From Octopus vulgaris (Eukaryota): 64,000 nucleotides of DNA. The stretch lies in assembly GCA_951406725.2 (NCBI GenBank), contig OX597820.1, positions 73,718,001-73,782,000 on the forward strand. Reading direction: 5' to 3'. The stretch's first letter is position 1. Each line of letters begins with the position of its first letter. Positions 50,026 through 63,640 of the stretch are shown here, in pieces. The notes beneath the pieces are model-generated. The model did no database searches, had not been told where the DNA came from, and saw only the letters and a list, made by a program, of their open reading frames with translations. Made by a program: the position numbers and the translations under genes.

Positions 50026-51085
50026 AAAGCACTGGTGCTGGTGCCATGTAAAAAGCACTGGTGCTGGTGCCATGTAAAATGCACTGGTGATGGTGCCTCA
50101 TAAAAAGCTCTGATGATGGTGCCATGTAAAAAGCACTGGTGATGGTGCCACATATGAAGCACTGGTGATGGTTCCACATATGAAGCACTAGTGATGGTGC
50201 CACATAAAAAGCACCAGTGATGGTGCCTCATAAAAAGCTCTGATGATGGTGCCATGTAAAAAGCACTGGTGATGGTGCCTCATATGAAGCACTGGTGATG
50301 GTGCCTCATATGAAGCACTGGTGATGGTGCCTCATATGAAGCACTGGTGATGGTGCCTCATAAAAAGGACTGGTGATGGTTCCACATATGAAGCACTGGT
50401 GATGGTGCCACATAAAACGCACTGGTGATGGTGCCACATAAAAGCACTGGTGATGGTGCCTCATAAAAAGGACTGGTGATGGTTCCACATATGAAGCACT
50501 GGTGATGGTGCCTCGTAAAAAGCTCTGATGATGGTTCTATGTAAAAAGTATTGATGATGGTGCCTCATATGAAGCACTGGTGATGGTTCCACATATGAAG
50601 CACTGGTGATGGTGCCACATAAAACGCACTGGTGATGGTGCCACATAAAACGCACTGGTGATGGTGCCTCATAAAAAGGACTGGTGATGGTTCCACATAT
50701 GAAGCACTGGTGATGGTGCCTCATAAAAAGCACTGGTGATGGTGCCTCGTAAAAAGCTCTGATGATGGTTCCATGTAAAAAGTATTGATGATGGTGCCTC
50801 ATATGAAGCACTGGTGATGGTTCCACATATGAAGCACTGGTGATGGTGCCACATAAAAAGCACTGGTGATGGTGCCACGTACATAGCACTGGTGATGCTG
50901 CCACATAAAAAGCACAGGTGATGGTGCTTCATAAAAAGCTCTGATGATGGTGCCATGTAAAAAGCATTAATGATGGTGCCATGTAAAAAGCACTGGTGAT
51001 GGTGCCTCATAAAAAGCATTGATGATGGTTCACATATGAAGCACTGATGATAGGGTCATGTAAAAAGCACTGGTGATGGTGTCAT
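50026..51085. repeat. 25-26-bp minisatellite, about 40 units (AAGCACTGGTGATGGTGCCWCATAWR)
   Basis: Directly visible head-to-tail array with recurring variant blocks. Confidence 0.95.
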
Positions 51086-51195
51086 TTAATGATGTTTTTG
51101 TTGAATAAATTTTGTTGAAAAAAAAAGCTGCAATAATTATACACCAACCCAATACATATATATGTGTGTGTGTGTGTGTTTGTGTGTGTGTATAT

Positions 51196-51990
51196 CATCA
51201 TCATCATCATCATCATCATCGTTTAGCGTCCGTTTTCCATGCTAGCATGGGTTGGACGGTTCTACTGGGGTCTGTGAAGCCAGAAGGCTTCATCAGGCCC
51301 AGTCAAATCTGGCAGTGTTTCTACGGCTGGATGCCCTTCCTAACGCCAACCACTCCGTGAGTGTAGTGGGTGCTTTTTACGTGCCACCCGCACTGGTGCC
51401 AGACAGAGCTGGCAAACGGCCACGAACGGATGGTGCTTTTTATGTGCCACCGGCACGAGGGCCAGGCGAGGCTGGCAACGGACACGAAACGGGGCGGTGC
51501 TGGCAACGGTCGCGAAACGGAAAGTTCTCTTACATGCCACCGGCACTGGTAACACATTTGCAATTTCCATTGATCGATTTCCATTGATCGATTTCGATTC
51601 TGATCCTCACTTGCCTCAACGGGTCTTCACAAGCAGAGTTTTGACATGCCACCGGCACTGGTAGCACATCCGCAATTTCCATTGATCGATTTCGATTCTG
51701 ATCCTCACTTGCCTCAACACGTCTTCACAAGTAGAGTTTTGTGTCCCAAGAAGGGAAGGTATGCATACGTAGGCCGGCTCCATCCCATGTAGAAGGCCAC
51801 GGGTTATGGACTCACTTGTCCTGCCGGGTCTTCTCGCGCACAGCACACTTCCAGAGGTCTCGGTCTCTAGTCATTTCCTCAGTGAGACCTAAAGTTCGAA
51901 GGTCGTGCTTCACCACCTCGTCCCAGGTTTTCCTGGGTCTGCCTCTTCCACAGGTTCCCTCAACCGCTAGGGTGTGGCACTTTTTCACAC

Positions 51991-51995
<5 letters not shown>
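51196..51995 (-). mobile_element. Young 5'-truncated RTE LINE: intact ORF2 terminus, 3' UTR with hairpin array and ~110-bp internal duplication
   Basis: SCVKKCHTLAVEGTCGRGRPRKTWDEVVKHDLRTLGLTEEMTRDRDLWKCAVREKTRQDK*; CpG-rich; (GAT)n tail; 51532-51644 repeated at 51645-51741. Confidence 0.88.
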
Positions 51996-52039
<44 letters not shown>

Positions 52040-52648
52040 TGTTGGTGTGTGGTAAGAAATTTGCTTCTCACCCACATGGTTCAGGTTTCAGCCCCACTGC
52101 ATGGCACCTTAAACAAGTGCCTTCTACTACAGCCTTGGGCCAACCAAAATTCTTGTGAGTGGATTTGCTGGACGGAAACTGAAACAATCCCATCATGTAC
52201 ATATGTCTGTATGTATGTGTGTGTGTCTTTGTGTCTCTTCTTCAACAGCTTTATATCTGGTGTTGATGTGTTTGTGTCCCCATAACTTAGTGGTCTGACA
52301 AAAAGAGACCAACAGAATAAGTACCAGGCTTTAAAAAGATCAGTACTAGCGTTGATTCATTTGACTAAAACATTCAAGGCAGTGCTTCAGCATGGCTGCA
52401 GTTTAATGACTGAAACAAGTAAAAGATATATATATATATTCTTTTATTCTTTTACTTGTTTCAGCCATTAAACCGTGGGCATGCTGGGGTTCTGCCTTGG
52501 ATTATATATAGCATTAGGAAAGGCATCCAGCCCTAGAAACCATTCCAAAACCACAATTAGAACTTGGTACAGCTCTCCCATCAAACTGTCCAACCCATGC
52601 CAGCATGGAAAACATGTTAGATGATCATATATATATATATATATATAG

Positions 52649-52699
<51 letters not shown>

Positions 52700-54793
52700 C
52701 ACACATATACATATGTATATATACACATATACATATGTAGATATATACATATGCATACATATATGCACACAGACACACACATGAATATGTACATGTTTAA
52801 CTTTATCACCTCTCTACTGCTAGACAACTGATGTTGGTTTATTTACATCCCCCGTCACTTAACAGTTCATCAGAAAATTACTTTTAGGGTAAGTACCAGG
52901 CAATAATATGAATACTGGGGTCGATTTGTTTGACTAAACTGTTCAAGGAGATGCTCCAGCATGGCCACAATCCAGCAACTGCAACAAGTAAACGAGACAA
53001 GATAACAGATATATAAGCTGTTCGGTTAATAGTAACTGCAGCAGATGTTGGTAAGTCGGTTGTAATTGGTGTATGGTAGTTTAACTCCCTTGAAATTTAA
53101 TGCAGATAGTTATGAAGCCATTGAAATTTTGGCAGATGGTTACTAAGCTGCATAATTTTCTACTCTCTTGTGTTTAATAACTCTAAATGTATGAGAAGTG
53201 TGAATTTTCTTTTCCTTTTGTATGAAATGTACTTTAAATCTTTACGTTTGTGTATTTGTTTTGCAAAATTCCTGATGTGAAATTGTGTGTTGTATTTTTG
53301 GATGGTTGGTTTTTGTTTGTTTGTTTTTTTTGTTGTTTTTTTCAAAATAAACACATGCACTCTACAATCGTTCTTCACTTCAGCTTTTCAGACAAAGGAC
53401 AATAAAATAAGAGTAATAAATCTGAAGGGAAGAATGAATTTTTAGTGCATGCATATCATCATTATCATCCTCGTTTAATGTCCACCTTCTGTGCTAGCAT
53501 GGGTTGGACGGTTTGACAGTAGCTGGCTGGGCAGGAGCTTGCACCAGATTTCTGTGTCTATTTTGACAGGGTTTTTACAACTGGTTGCCCTTCCTAACAC
53601 CAGCCACCCAACAGAGTGGACCGAGTGCTTTTTACATGGCACAAGCACAGGTGAGGTCAGTTTTGGCAAGGTTTTTACAGTTGGATGTCCTTCTAAATGC
53701 CAACCACTTCACAGTGTGGACTACAAAATAAACTACAGTGATTATTTTGCCAAAAAAAAAAAAAAAAAATGAAGAGACCATCCCAAATCATAACAATACT
53801 TTAAATTTCTATTTCAGTACCTTGATATTGCACAACATAAAAATAAGAATTATCATCTATTTATTTATTTATCTTTTACTTGTTTCAGTGATTGTATTGA
53901 AACAAATAAAAGATGTTGGGGGCACCATCTTTAGTCAAGTAAATTGATCCTGGTACTTGCTTTTTTCAAAGTTCGGTTTTCGTTTGATTTGTCTCTTTTG
54001 CTAAACTGCTAGGTTACAAGGATTTAAACAAACCAACACTGGTTGTCAAGCAGTGAGGAGACACACGCATATATAAAAAGACTTCCTCTCAGTTGCCATC
54101 CACCAAATTCACTGACAAGGTATTGGTCTGTTTGAGGCTGTTGTAGAAGACACTTGCCCAAAGTAACACACAATGGGACTGAACCTGAAGCCACATGGTC
54201 ACAAAGCAAATTTCTTAACCACACAGCCATGCCTCCCCCCCCATACTGTCATTTTTCTATGTTGTAAATGTATTCACTGAAGATTACCTCATCCAAAGAT
54301 GAGGCCCTTGCCTATCTATTGATTCTCCTGAATATCTATTTGTGGATTCATAACATAATGTGTGATTAAAATTAATAACTCGTTATTAGGGATGGCTGAT
54401 TGCTTTCCTGAAAAGCTTCCATAATTTCAATGTTAAACTGAAAAATCAACTCTATCTTGCTTTGTTAGCCTGAATAAGAATCGCATAAAATTATATTTGA
54501 TAAAGCTATGCAGAGCTAGATTTAAAAGAATGATTTTTAAAACAGTTCAGTCACAATGTATTTTTATTATTTTAAGAATTATTTGATTCGAGTTATTTGG
54601 AAATATAGAGATTTGCACTTAATTTAATTGCTGAATAAATATTTCATGTAGTTTACGAAACAAAATTGGCATGTCATCATCCATAAGTTGAAATATAATA
54701 CATATTTTATTTGATATTTTCATTTTCAAAATTGTTTTTGAAATGTTTGAAGTTTTTATTTACATATTCACATACGTAATCATCTTTTTATAG

Positions 54794-54919
54794 CTGAGAA
54801 TCAAGAATATTGTGCAAAATATGTTCTGAATTTGAGTTTGCTATTCATCAAACAATGCCAACATCTTTTAGCTGTGCAAAGTGTAGTAAGACTTATTGCA
54901 GTACTTGTTGCTTCTAATG
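54794..54919 (+). CDS. TERB1: TERB1-like exon F (phase 1-1): TENQEYCAKYVLNLSLLFIKQCQHLLAVQSVVRLIAVLVASN
   Basis: tttttatag acceptor, gtaagt donor, 126 nt open. Continues the motif (P.N-.ENQ..C) and ends like LTLANN. Confidence 0.88.
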
Positions 54920-55074
54920 GTAAGTAGACACTATATACGCACACTAGATATATATTTTGATACTTAGAATTGTATTGTTTTTGTTTTTGCTTTCAGAGTT
55001 CAGCTTTATTGTTAATGTGTCTGTTAAATAAATATGTTTCTTTGATTAATGCGAACTAGCAGAAGTAATGACTA

Positions 55075-55335
55075 TTAATGTGTGTCTGTGTGTGAATGTG
55101 TGTATATGTATGTGTGTGTGAATGTATGTATGTGAATGTCTGTGCATATGTATGTGTGTGAATGTATATGTATGTTTGTGTGTGAATTTATATGTGAGTA
55201 TATATGTATGTTTGTGTATATATGAATGTGTGTGTGTGAATTTATATGTGTGTGTGTATATATGTGTTTGTGTATATATGAATGTGTGTGCGTGAATGTA
55301 TATGCATGTATGTGTATATTTGTGTGTATATATTT
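55075..55335. repeat. (GT/AT)n microsatellite with periodic GAAT interruptions
   Basis: Directly visible. Confidence 0.85.
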
Positions 55336-58074
55336 CGATGTAAGAAAAATTATTAGTTGATTATATTCTTTTTTTTTTTATCGTTTTAAATTCTTAATGT
55401 AAAAATGAATTATTTATGAGAGACATTATAATTTTTACCTGAGGTGTTTTTAAATTTTATATTTATTATTACTGTTATGTGTGTGTGTGTATAATTTTTA
55501 TTATGGACATTAGAAGGAAAAGGTTAAAACTAAAAAGTTATTACTCTTAATAATGCTTCAGTTAGTGAAACGATATTTGTGAATATTTCAATTTGAAAAT
55601 AAAAATGTAAAAAAGAAAAAGGTGATTAAGAAACTTGCTTTGCGACCATGTGGTTTCAAGTTCAGTACCACTGCACAGCATCTTGGGCAAACATCTTCTA
55701 CAATAGCTCTAGGTTGACAAATGCTTTGCAAATGAACTTAGTTAATGGAAATTGTGTGGAAGCCAGTCATCATCTTTTATAGTCTGTTGTCCATGCTGGC
55801 AAAGGTTGGACAGTTTGACCAGGGCTGATAAGCTGGAAGGCTGCACTAGACTCCAGTCTGATTTGGCATGGTTTTCTACGGCTGGATGCCCTTCCTAATG
55901 CCAACAACTCTGAGAGTATAATGGATGCTTTTATGTGCTCCCAGCATGGGTGCCATTTGTGGGTGAATGTGTGTGTGTGAGTGAGTTTGACAACCAGTGT
56001 CATTTTTTACATCCCCTTAACTTAGCAGTTCAGCAGAAAAGACTGATAGGATAAGTACTACACTTTAAAAAAAAAGTACTAGGGTTGATTTATTTAACTA
56101 CAAACTCTTCAAGGTGGTGCCCCAGCATGGCCACAGTCTAAAGACTGAAACAAGTGAAAGATAAAAGATATAGATAGGAACAGACATGGCTGTGTGGTTA
56201 AGAAGCTCACTTACTGATTTGGGATTCAGTCACACACCAGTGCACCTTGGGGGAGTGGCTCATGCTAAAGCCCCAGTCTAACCAATGCCTTTTGAGGGAA
56301 TTAGGTAGATGGAAACTGTGTGGAAGCCTGTCATGTGTAGATGTATATATAATATATAAGTGCTGGAGTCAATCCATTTGACTAAACTCCTCCAAGGTAG
56401 TGCCCCAGCATGGCCACAGTCCAATCGCTCAAACAAGTAAAAGACAACTGATAAAAACAAACATTTACTCACAACAAGCACAAGACATTTTGTCGTTTGT
56501 GAGAGGAAATGTGAGGATATATATGTTCTAATGAAGTGAGGAACAACCTATACACAACTTATACACAATATTAACCTCAGCAGGGAAAGCTTAAGATATG
56601 TACCATTTAGATTTTATGATGGACTTGTTGGCTGTGAAAATACTGTTTCCAATTAATACATGAGAATGTTTTTACGTTTATGGAGCTGGACATCTAATGA
56701 TAGCAGAGAAGAAAATGATTATAACAGGCAAAACACTAACATAAATATGTAAAGAATAAACTAGAAAACGTTACTTATTTTTGCTAAATTATTCATTAAG
56801 TATTATAAATATTTCTGTGCAGAAAATTTCTTGCCAGTATTATATGCATGTGTAGCCAATTAGGTTTTAACATATGTTACATGAGTTTAGCACATTGCTC
56901 AAGACACAACTTATTAATTATGTATTAGTATTTAAAAAGAGAAAAAATTAGATATAAGGGGAATTAATTGTAATTCACAAATGAGAAAATTGCAGTGGTA
57001 TAGATCTGAGATGTGTATGAAAACTGGCAGCTGGATGAAAATTTGCCAAGGGACCTAAATGGGAGGAACTTTGGTAAGAGGACGAAGATGTGGGGGAAAA
57101 AAAGTGGTAAGAGCCAATCTCAGGATGCTGAACCTTGTGAAGGAGATGATAAGGGACTGCAACAAGTATGAGATACTGTGCTGCAGAGCACCTGTATAAG
57201 CCTTGAAAAGCAGATATAAAATGATGATGATGATGATGATGATTAATATAGTTGTGTGGTTAAGAAACTTGCTTTGCAACTGCAGGATTTTGAGTTCAGT
57301 TCCATAGCATGGCAACTTGGGTAAGTGAGTTCTATAGCCCCAGGCAGACCTATGTCTTGTGGGTAAATTTGATTGGTGGAATCAATATGGAAGCCCATTG
57401 TGTGTGTGTGAGACCTCTCTACTGCATGACAGCTGGTTTTGTTTTGTTTATGTCATTGTAACTTAGTGATTCAGCAAAGACACTAATAGAATAATTACCA
57501 GACTTGAAAAATTTTTAAGTAATGAGGTTGTGTTGTTCAACTAAAACACATCGGTGTGGTGCTCCAGCATGGCTGCAATTCAATGGCTGAAAACAAGCAA
57601 AACATTTTTAAAAATATTCTGAATAAAAATATGGAACATGGAATTTTGATATATTTCACCTGTGAAACATAACAAAGATTTTCCAAAGAAATTCAGCACA
57701 AAATGCAATGGGTAACACTGAGAGACAAAAGCAAAGATGAAGAATTAATGTAGGGAGAAATATGGGGGTTAGGTTTAGTGGAAGCTAGTTAATTTCTTTA
57801 ACACAAGCCATCCAAAAGTATTCTAACCAGATGTGATTAAGTATGGGGATGAGGTGGGGTGGTAAGAAAAGAAAAACATTATTAAAGGAATGTATTTGAT
57901 GATGTATTTGAAATAAAAACAGAATCATAGTTTTTCTTCACTGGAAGTTAATTACACATGAACAAACAGAAAAACAAGACACAGTATAAGGCACTTTTTC
58001 TTTTTCAATTACAAATAGCTGATTAAATCTCGTTATGGAAAGTGGACGTTAAATGACGATGATGATGATATATA

Positions 58075-58492
58075 TTCTTTTCTACTGAGGCACTAGGCCT
58101 GAAGTTTCGGGGGATGGGGCCAGTCGATTAGATCGACTCCAGTACGTAACTGGTACTTAATTTGAACTCAGAGTGGAGTTTGAACTCAGAACATAAAGAC
58201 AGACGAAATATCACTAAGCATTTCGCCCAGCATGCTAACGTTTCTGTCAGCTCGCTGCCTTATAATAATATTTTAAGAATCTTTTTTACTCTAGGCTCAA
58301 GGACCGAAATTTTGGGGAAGGGAGCCAGTTGATTAGATCGACCTCAGTACGCAACTGGTACTTAATTTATTGATCCCAAAAAGATGAAAGGCAAAGTTAA
58401 CCTCGGTGGAATTTGAACTCAGAACATAAAGACAGACGAAATACCAATAAACATTTCACTTGGCATGCTAACATTTCTGCCAGCTCGCTGTC
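58075..58492 (-). mobile_element. Two tandem OK-like SINE copies
   Basis: Both share the head and core of 45618-45848 but carry a different tail. Confidence 0.75.
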
Positions 58493-58726
58493 TTATATAT
58501 ATGTATATATTAAGAAATAAAAGTACCTTAAAACTCAAGAATGACTGAAGATACTGAGAGTAAAAAAAAAAAGTAAAGGACCCAAGATTGTGTGGTCTGA
58601 GGTTCGATACCACAGTGTGACACCTAGGGCATGTTTTGTACTGTAGCCTTTGTCTGACCAGCCTTGTGAGTGGGTTTAGTTGACTAAAACTGAAAGAAGC
58701 CCTTTGTGTGTATGTAATATACATAC

Positions 58727-59058
58727 ATCATCATCATCTAGTGTTTTAAATCTGGGTTTTGTCCCCGTTAATGGGTGTGGCCGGATCTACTTCAATGCCA
58801 TAGCAACTGAGGCAAGCAGGTGCAGCCCACCCCAATCTTTGGGCTGCCTGGTGCCCATTCTCGTTTGCTATCATGAGGCTTTTTTGGAGCTGGATTTTCA
58901 ACGGGGAGCATGTTCTTGCTTACCCCCAACCTGAGTTTCTGGACATGAGTGGTCCTGGGACCAAAGGCCTCTACCATGACTTTTAGGGAATGCGATATAA
59001 AAACTAGCACAGAAAGGTGGGGCCGCTACTCCCTGAGGCCCCATTCGAAGCCTCCCTA

Positions 59059-59060
<2 letters not shown>
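58727..59060 (-). mobile_element. Non-coding RTE derivative sharing the tail of 29595-29901; tail repeated on + at 59680-59752
   Basis: GCATTGAAGTAGATCCGGCCACACCCATTAACGGGGACAAAACCC tail; RTE 5'-UTR-like GGGGGTAAGCAAGAACATGCTCCCC upstream. Confidence 0.6.
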
Positions 59061-59108
<48 letters not shown>

Positions 59109-61419
59109 CACACACACACACTCACACATGAATTTGTGTTGTAAGACTCCTGATGTGAAATCGTGTTGAAACAGGATGGTATTTCTTTTTTGCCAAATAA
59201 ACACACACACTATATATATTTGTTCTTCACTCATTTATTACTGTTTTTATTCTAGCTCATGTCCCTTGTCCATAGAAGAGCAGAAGGGAGTAAGTGGAGC
59301 AAGAATACACACAAAAACAAAGTGTCATTGAAGAGGTCACAGATTTGTGATGAAAGATTTCCAGCCAATGGACATGAGTTAGAATAAGAACAGTGATGAA
59401 CAGATATATAGTCTGTGTGTGTTTATTTGACAAAAAAAAAATCCAAAAACACCATCCTGAAAAAAACTATATGTATGTGTGTGTGTGTGTGTATATATAC
59501 ATGTGTTGAGCTGGTATGAAATGCATACTCTGAGGAGTGTGATTGTGTTTGAGGTAAATGGAGCGTGAAAGTGAAGTAGAATGAGGTGGTGGGGACAGGT
59601 AGAGGAGGAGAGTGGGATGGTTGGTTTGAAAAGTGAGGACACCCAAATCTGGGCGAGTTGGTGTGAGGGCAGTTGGTATGGCATTGAAGTAGATCTGGCC
59701 ACCCCTATTAATGGGGAGAAAACCCGGATTTAAAACACTGCATAATGATGATACATACATATATATATACCATCATCATCATTGTTTAATATCTGTTTTC
59801 CAAGCTGGCATGGGTTGGACGGTTTCACTGAGGTCTGGAGAGCCAGCGGCTGCACCAGGCTCCAATCTGATTTGCCAATGTTTCTACAGCTAGATGCCCT
59901 TCCTAACGCCAACCACTCCGAGAGTGTAGTGGGTGCTTTTTATGTGCCACCAGCACAGGAGCCAACCAGGCGGGCCTGGCATTGATGCTGGCATGGGTTG
60001 GATAGTGTGACTAGAGCTGGCAAGCTAAGGGACTGCACCAGACACCAGTTTGATTTGACATGGTTTCTATGGTTGGATGCCTTCCCTAATGCCAACCACC
60101 TTACAGAGTGTACTGGGTTTTACATGGCACAGCACAGGCACCTTTTATGTGACACTGCATGGATGCTTTTACATGAAGCTGCACACACACACACATGTAC
60201 ATGTATGTATGTATGCATGTATGCGTGCATGCTAACGGAATGAGAAAGGAGTGTTCAGTACATGTTGTAAAGGATGTGTTTTGTTTTTAATAAAAATATT
60301 GTGTGTGCACCTTTGACTAAACATCACATGATGGTTGCAAATGAGCATCATCCTTATACAGGTGAAGTTGTTTAATTCCAGTCTTCTGTGAAAAATGTGT
60401 TGGGCCATGAGAAATATTACCTTGTTCAGAAACAAGGGAGAGTTGGCAACAGGAAAAGCATCTGATCATAGAAAATCTGCTTCAACAAATTCCATATGAC
60501 CCTTGCAAGCATGGAAAATTGGACATTGAATGATGATGATGATGTGTGTATGAATGTGTGTGTGTCTACCTTTCAATTATTCTAATTTTGAATTACATTT
60601 ACACTTTTGGGAAAATAAGGATTTTTCTTCATTCCTTTTATTTCAGGTGGGAGGTGTGTGTGTGTGTGAAGAGAGTAGTTAAACTTAGATAAATTCAATG
60701 AGAATTGTGCTATAAATAAAATATTGTTGGGTTGCGACAATATAGCGGCAGAATAGAAATGATATATAATAGTTTAGTGGAATGAATTTAAAATCAAAAT
60801 CAATAAAAAGGAAAAAGAATAATCATTTTGATTTTATAATTTGTTAAGAATCTGAATTTCTTTTTAAATTTTTGAAGTCAATTTTCACTTGTATTAAAGC
60901 ATTCATTCAGGCAAAATGTAATGGAATAAACAAATATTTATTTTCCACTAAATATATTAAATTGTCAGTTTCTATTGATAGTAGTACTTCTTAAAGAAAC
61001 TTAGTGGATCATCTATTTTAAAAATATCTGAGCAGTTTGAAACCTGTTCAAAGCGACAAAGAGCAAAACTGGAATTATAAATAAAATGATTTTACGGTGA
61101 GTTTGAAACGGGAAGGCATAGCAAAACCAAAATTATAGTTTGGAAAGGAAAAAAAAAATTATGCAATAAATAAAGTTAGATTTTAAAACTAGTGGCAATA
61201 CATGTTTTACCCTAAAGCAATGTAAATAGTTGAAATCTATTATATCTCTAAATCTGAATGTAATTTTAATTTAATTTTAATTATCACTTTATGGTTAGAA
61301 ATTTAGATTATGGATTAAATGTAATAATGTTAGACATAGGCATTGGGTGGGAAAACATTTTTTATATAAATCTGTGCAAGATTCAGTGTTTTGTCTATAC
61401 TTAGAAATAGGATGGTGCA

Positions 61420-61458
<39 letters not shown>

Positions 61459-63481
61459 TAGATAGATAGATAGATGGAGAGAGAGAGAGATACACACACA
61501 CACATATAAGTGTTTAAGAGAAGGTACACTAACATATCCATTGATACAGCACTGAAAAGAACGACCTAATATTGCATGAACAGCTAGAAATAGCAACTTG
61601 CCCTCCCCCTCAGATAACACTCCTTTTTCCTTTCTCTCATTTTTCATATCCTTTTATTAACCCTTTATTTCTATAAATATCTATCTCTCCAGCATTATCC
61701 TCAACAGCCACCTAGTACATTTCATCAATATATATTGCTCTCTCAATTGGACTGTAGATCTATCTACCTCTCTATTTAGACATATTCTATTTTCCCTACT
61801 GTTGTATGTACTCTTCTTATGAGGGATGGGTTGCATATGACAGTCTGTGTTTTAGACAAACTGCTTTGATCTGCATTTAATATGTAACTTCCACAGAAAC
61901 AGCTGTAAAGAATTATCTGCAACTTACCTTTATATTATCGAAGACTTTTTCACCAGTGATCCTCTGGATCTTATTTATCTATTACGATTCCCTGGATCTC
62001 ACCTGTTGTGATCCCATGGATCTAGGTCAAATCAACACTAAGAGCTTCACAGATACTCTTCTGTCTCATCCTGGTGTATTCCTGCTTCTGCCAAAATCAT
62101 GATGAACTTTCACCTTTCAGATCTTTCCTGGTTTCCTGCTATATTTTTATGTATATTTTTGTTCTCTCTTTAATATGTTATCTGAATATGTTATAAATTC
62201 ATTTGATACCTTGCAGCTCATCATCATCATCGTCGTCATCATCATCATTTCATATCTATGCTTCGTTTTGGGATGGTTTGAACAGTTTGATAGGATCTGA
62301 TAAGGTCCAAGGATTGCATTGTGCTCCGGTGTCTACTCTGGACACAATTCCTAATGCCCACCACTTTGCAATGTTGACTGGGTTCTTTTTTTTTCTCTCA
62401 TACTACCAGCACTGTTGAGGTTGCCATGCAGCTTACAGGACTACAAACCCTGTGAGAAGTTTAGAATATGAAAGTTCTTGTTTCAGTCATTGAACTTCAG
62501 CCATGCTGGAGCACTGCCTTAAAGTTTTAGTTATACTAATTAATTCATATCTTACTACTGTCTCGTGTATATTTCAATTGAAAATGAAGAATATTTTCTT
62601 TCTCACCTTTTTTTTTTTGTTGTTTTTCATGTTTTATTATTAGACAAATACCAATGAGAATTTAAGTAGAGTGAATTTGGAGTTCAGGTATACTTTATAA
62701 TTATGAATATAAGGTGCAAGTGTGGCTGTGTGGTTAAGAGGTTTGCTTACCAGCCACATGGTTTCGGGTTCAATCCTACTGTAAGACACTTTGGGCAAGT
62801 GACTTCTACTATTGCTCCAGGCTGCCAAAGCCTTATGTCTGGGTTTGGTAGACAGAAACTGAAAGATACCTGTTGTGTGTGTGTGTGTTTATGTGTATGT
62901 GTGTGTATGATTGTGTGTTTGTGTCTCCTTGTCTTGACATTGCATAATAGTTGTAAATGATTATTACTCTCATACAAGCAGTGACGCTCATTACCAACAT
63001 TCTGCTTAAACATGTCTTGTGATGGGGGAAATATTACCTTACTTGGAAACAGGTTTAGGTTGGTGGCACGAAGGGCATCCAGCCTTAGAAAACCTGCCTC
63101 AATAAATTCTGTTCATCTCATGCAAGCATGAAAAAGTGGACATTAAGATGATGATGATGATGATGATTGTGTGTGTGTGTTTGTGTCTCCTTGTCGTGAC
63201 TACCTGCGGTTGTTGTAAATGAATGGCATTCATCTTGGATATTCTGCAGAAACATGTCAGGCAAGGGGTAAACTATTACTTTTGCTTGGAAACAAATAAG
63301 AGTTGGCCGCAAGAAGAGTGCCCAGTAGTAGTAGTAGATCTGCCCCAACAGATCCCATCCAACCCATGCAAGCATAGAAAAGTAAACGTTAAATCAATGA
63401 TGATGACAATGATGGTTATATTTTAATATTTTTACTGAAATAACAAGTATACACATTCGTTTTTTATTTTTTGTTTATTAG

Positions 63482-63640
63482 AGACCAACCAAAATACATT
63501 GCGAGAAATGGATGGAATTGATGTATTAGTAAAGACAATGAAGATATACACACTTGCTACAGACAATGTTTATAATGCTGAATATTTGAAAACTGCTGTT
63601 TTATTAACTTCAGCTCTTGATACATGTCTTTTGGATAATA
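63482..63640 (+). CDS. TERB1: TERB1-like exon G (phase 1-1): ETNQNTLREMDGIDVLVKTMKIYTLATDNVYNAEYLKTAVLLTSALDTCLLDN; gene continues beyond window
   Basis: T-rich ttag acceptor, gtaagt donor, 159 nt open. Matches GGLDVL...KLAVVVTKTVDACIADN. Confidence 0.9.

Noticed and set aside
50026-51085. CRISPR-like array or His-rich repeat protein ORFs
   Set aside because: Units are contiguous with no unique spacers, there are no cas genes, the context is eukaryotic, and the ORFs are artefacts of a 26-bp period.
6119-63410. Antisense orientation bias of LINE tails relative to TERB1
   Set aside because: A rough hand count of about 25 minus versus 16 plus is too weak to claim.
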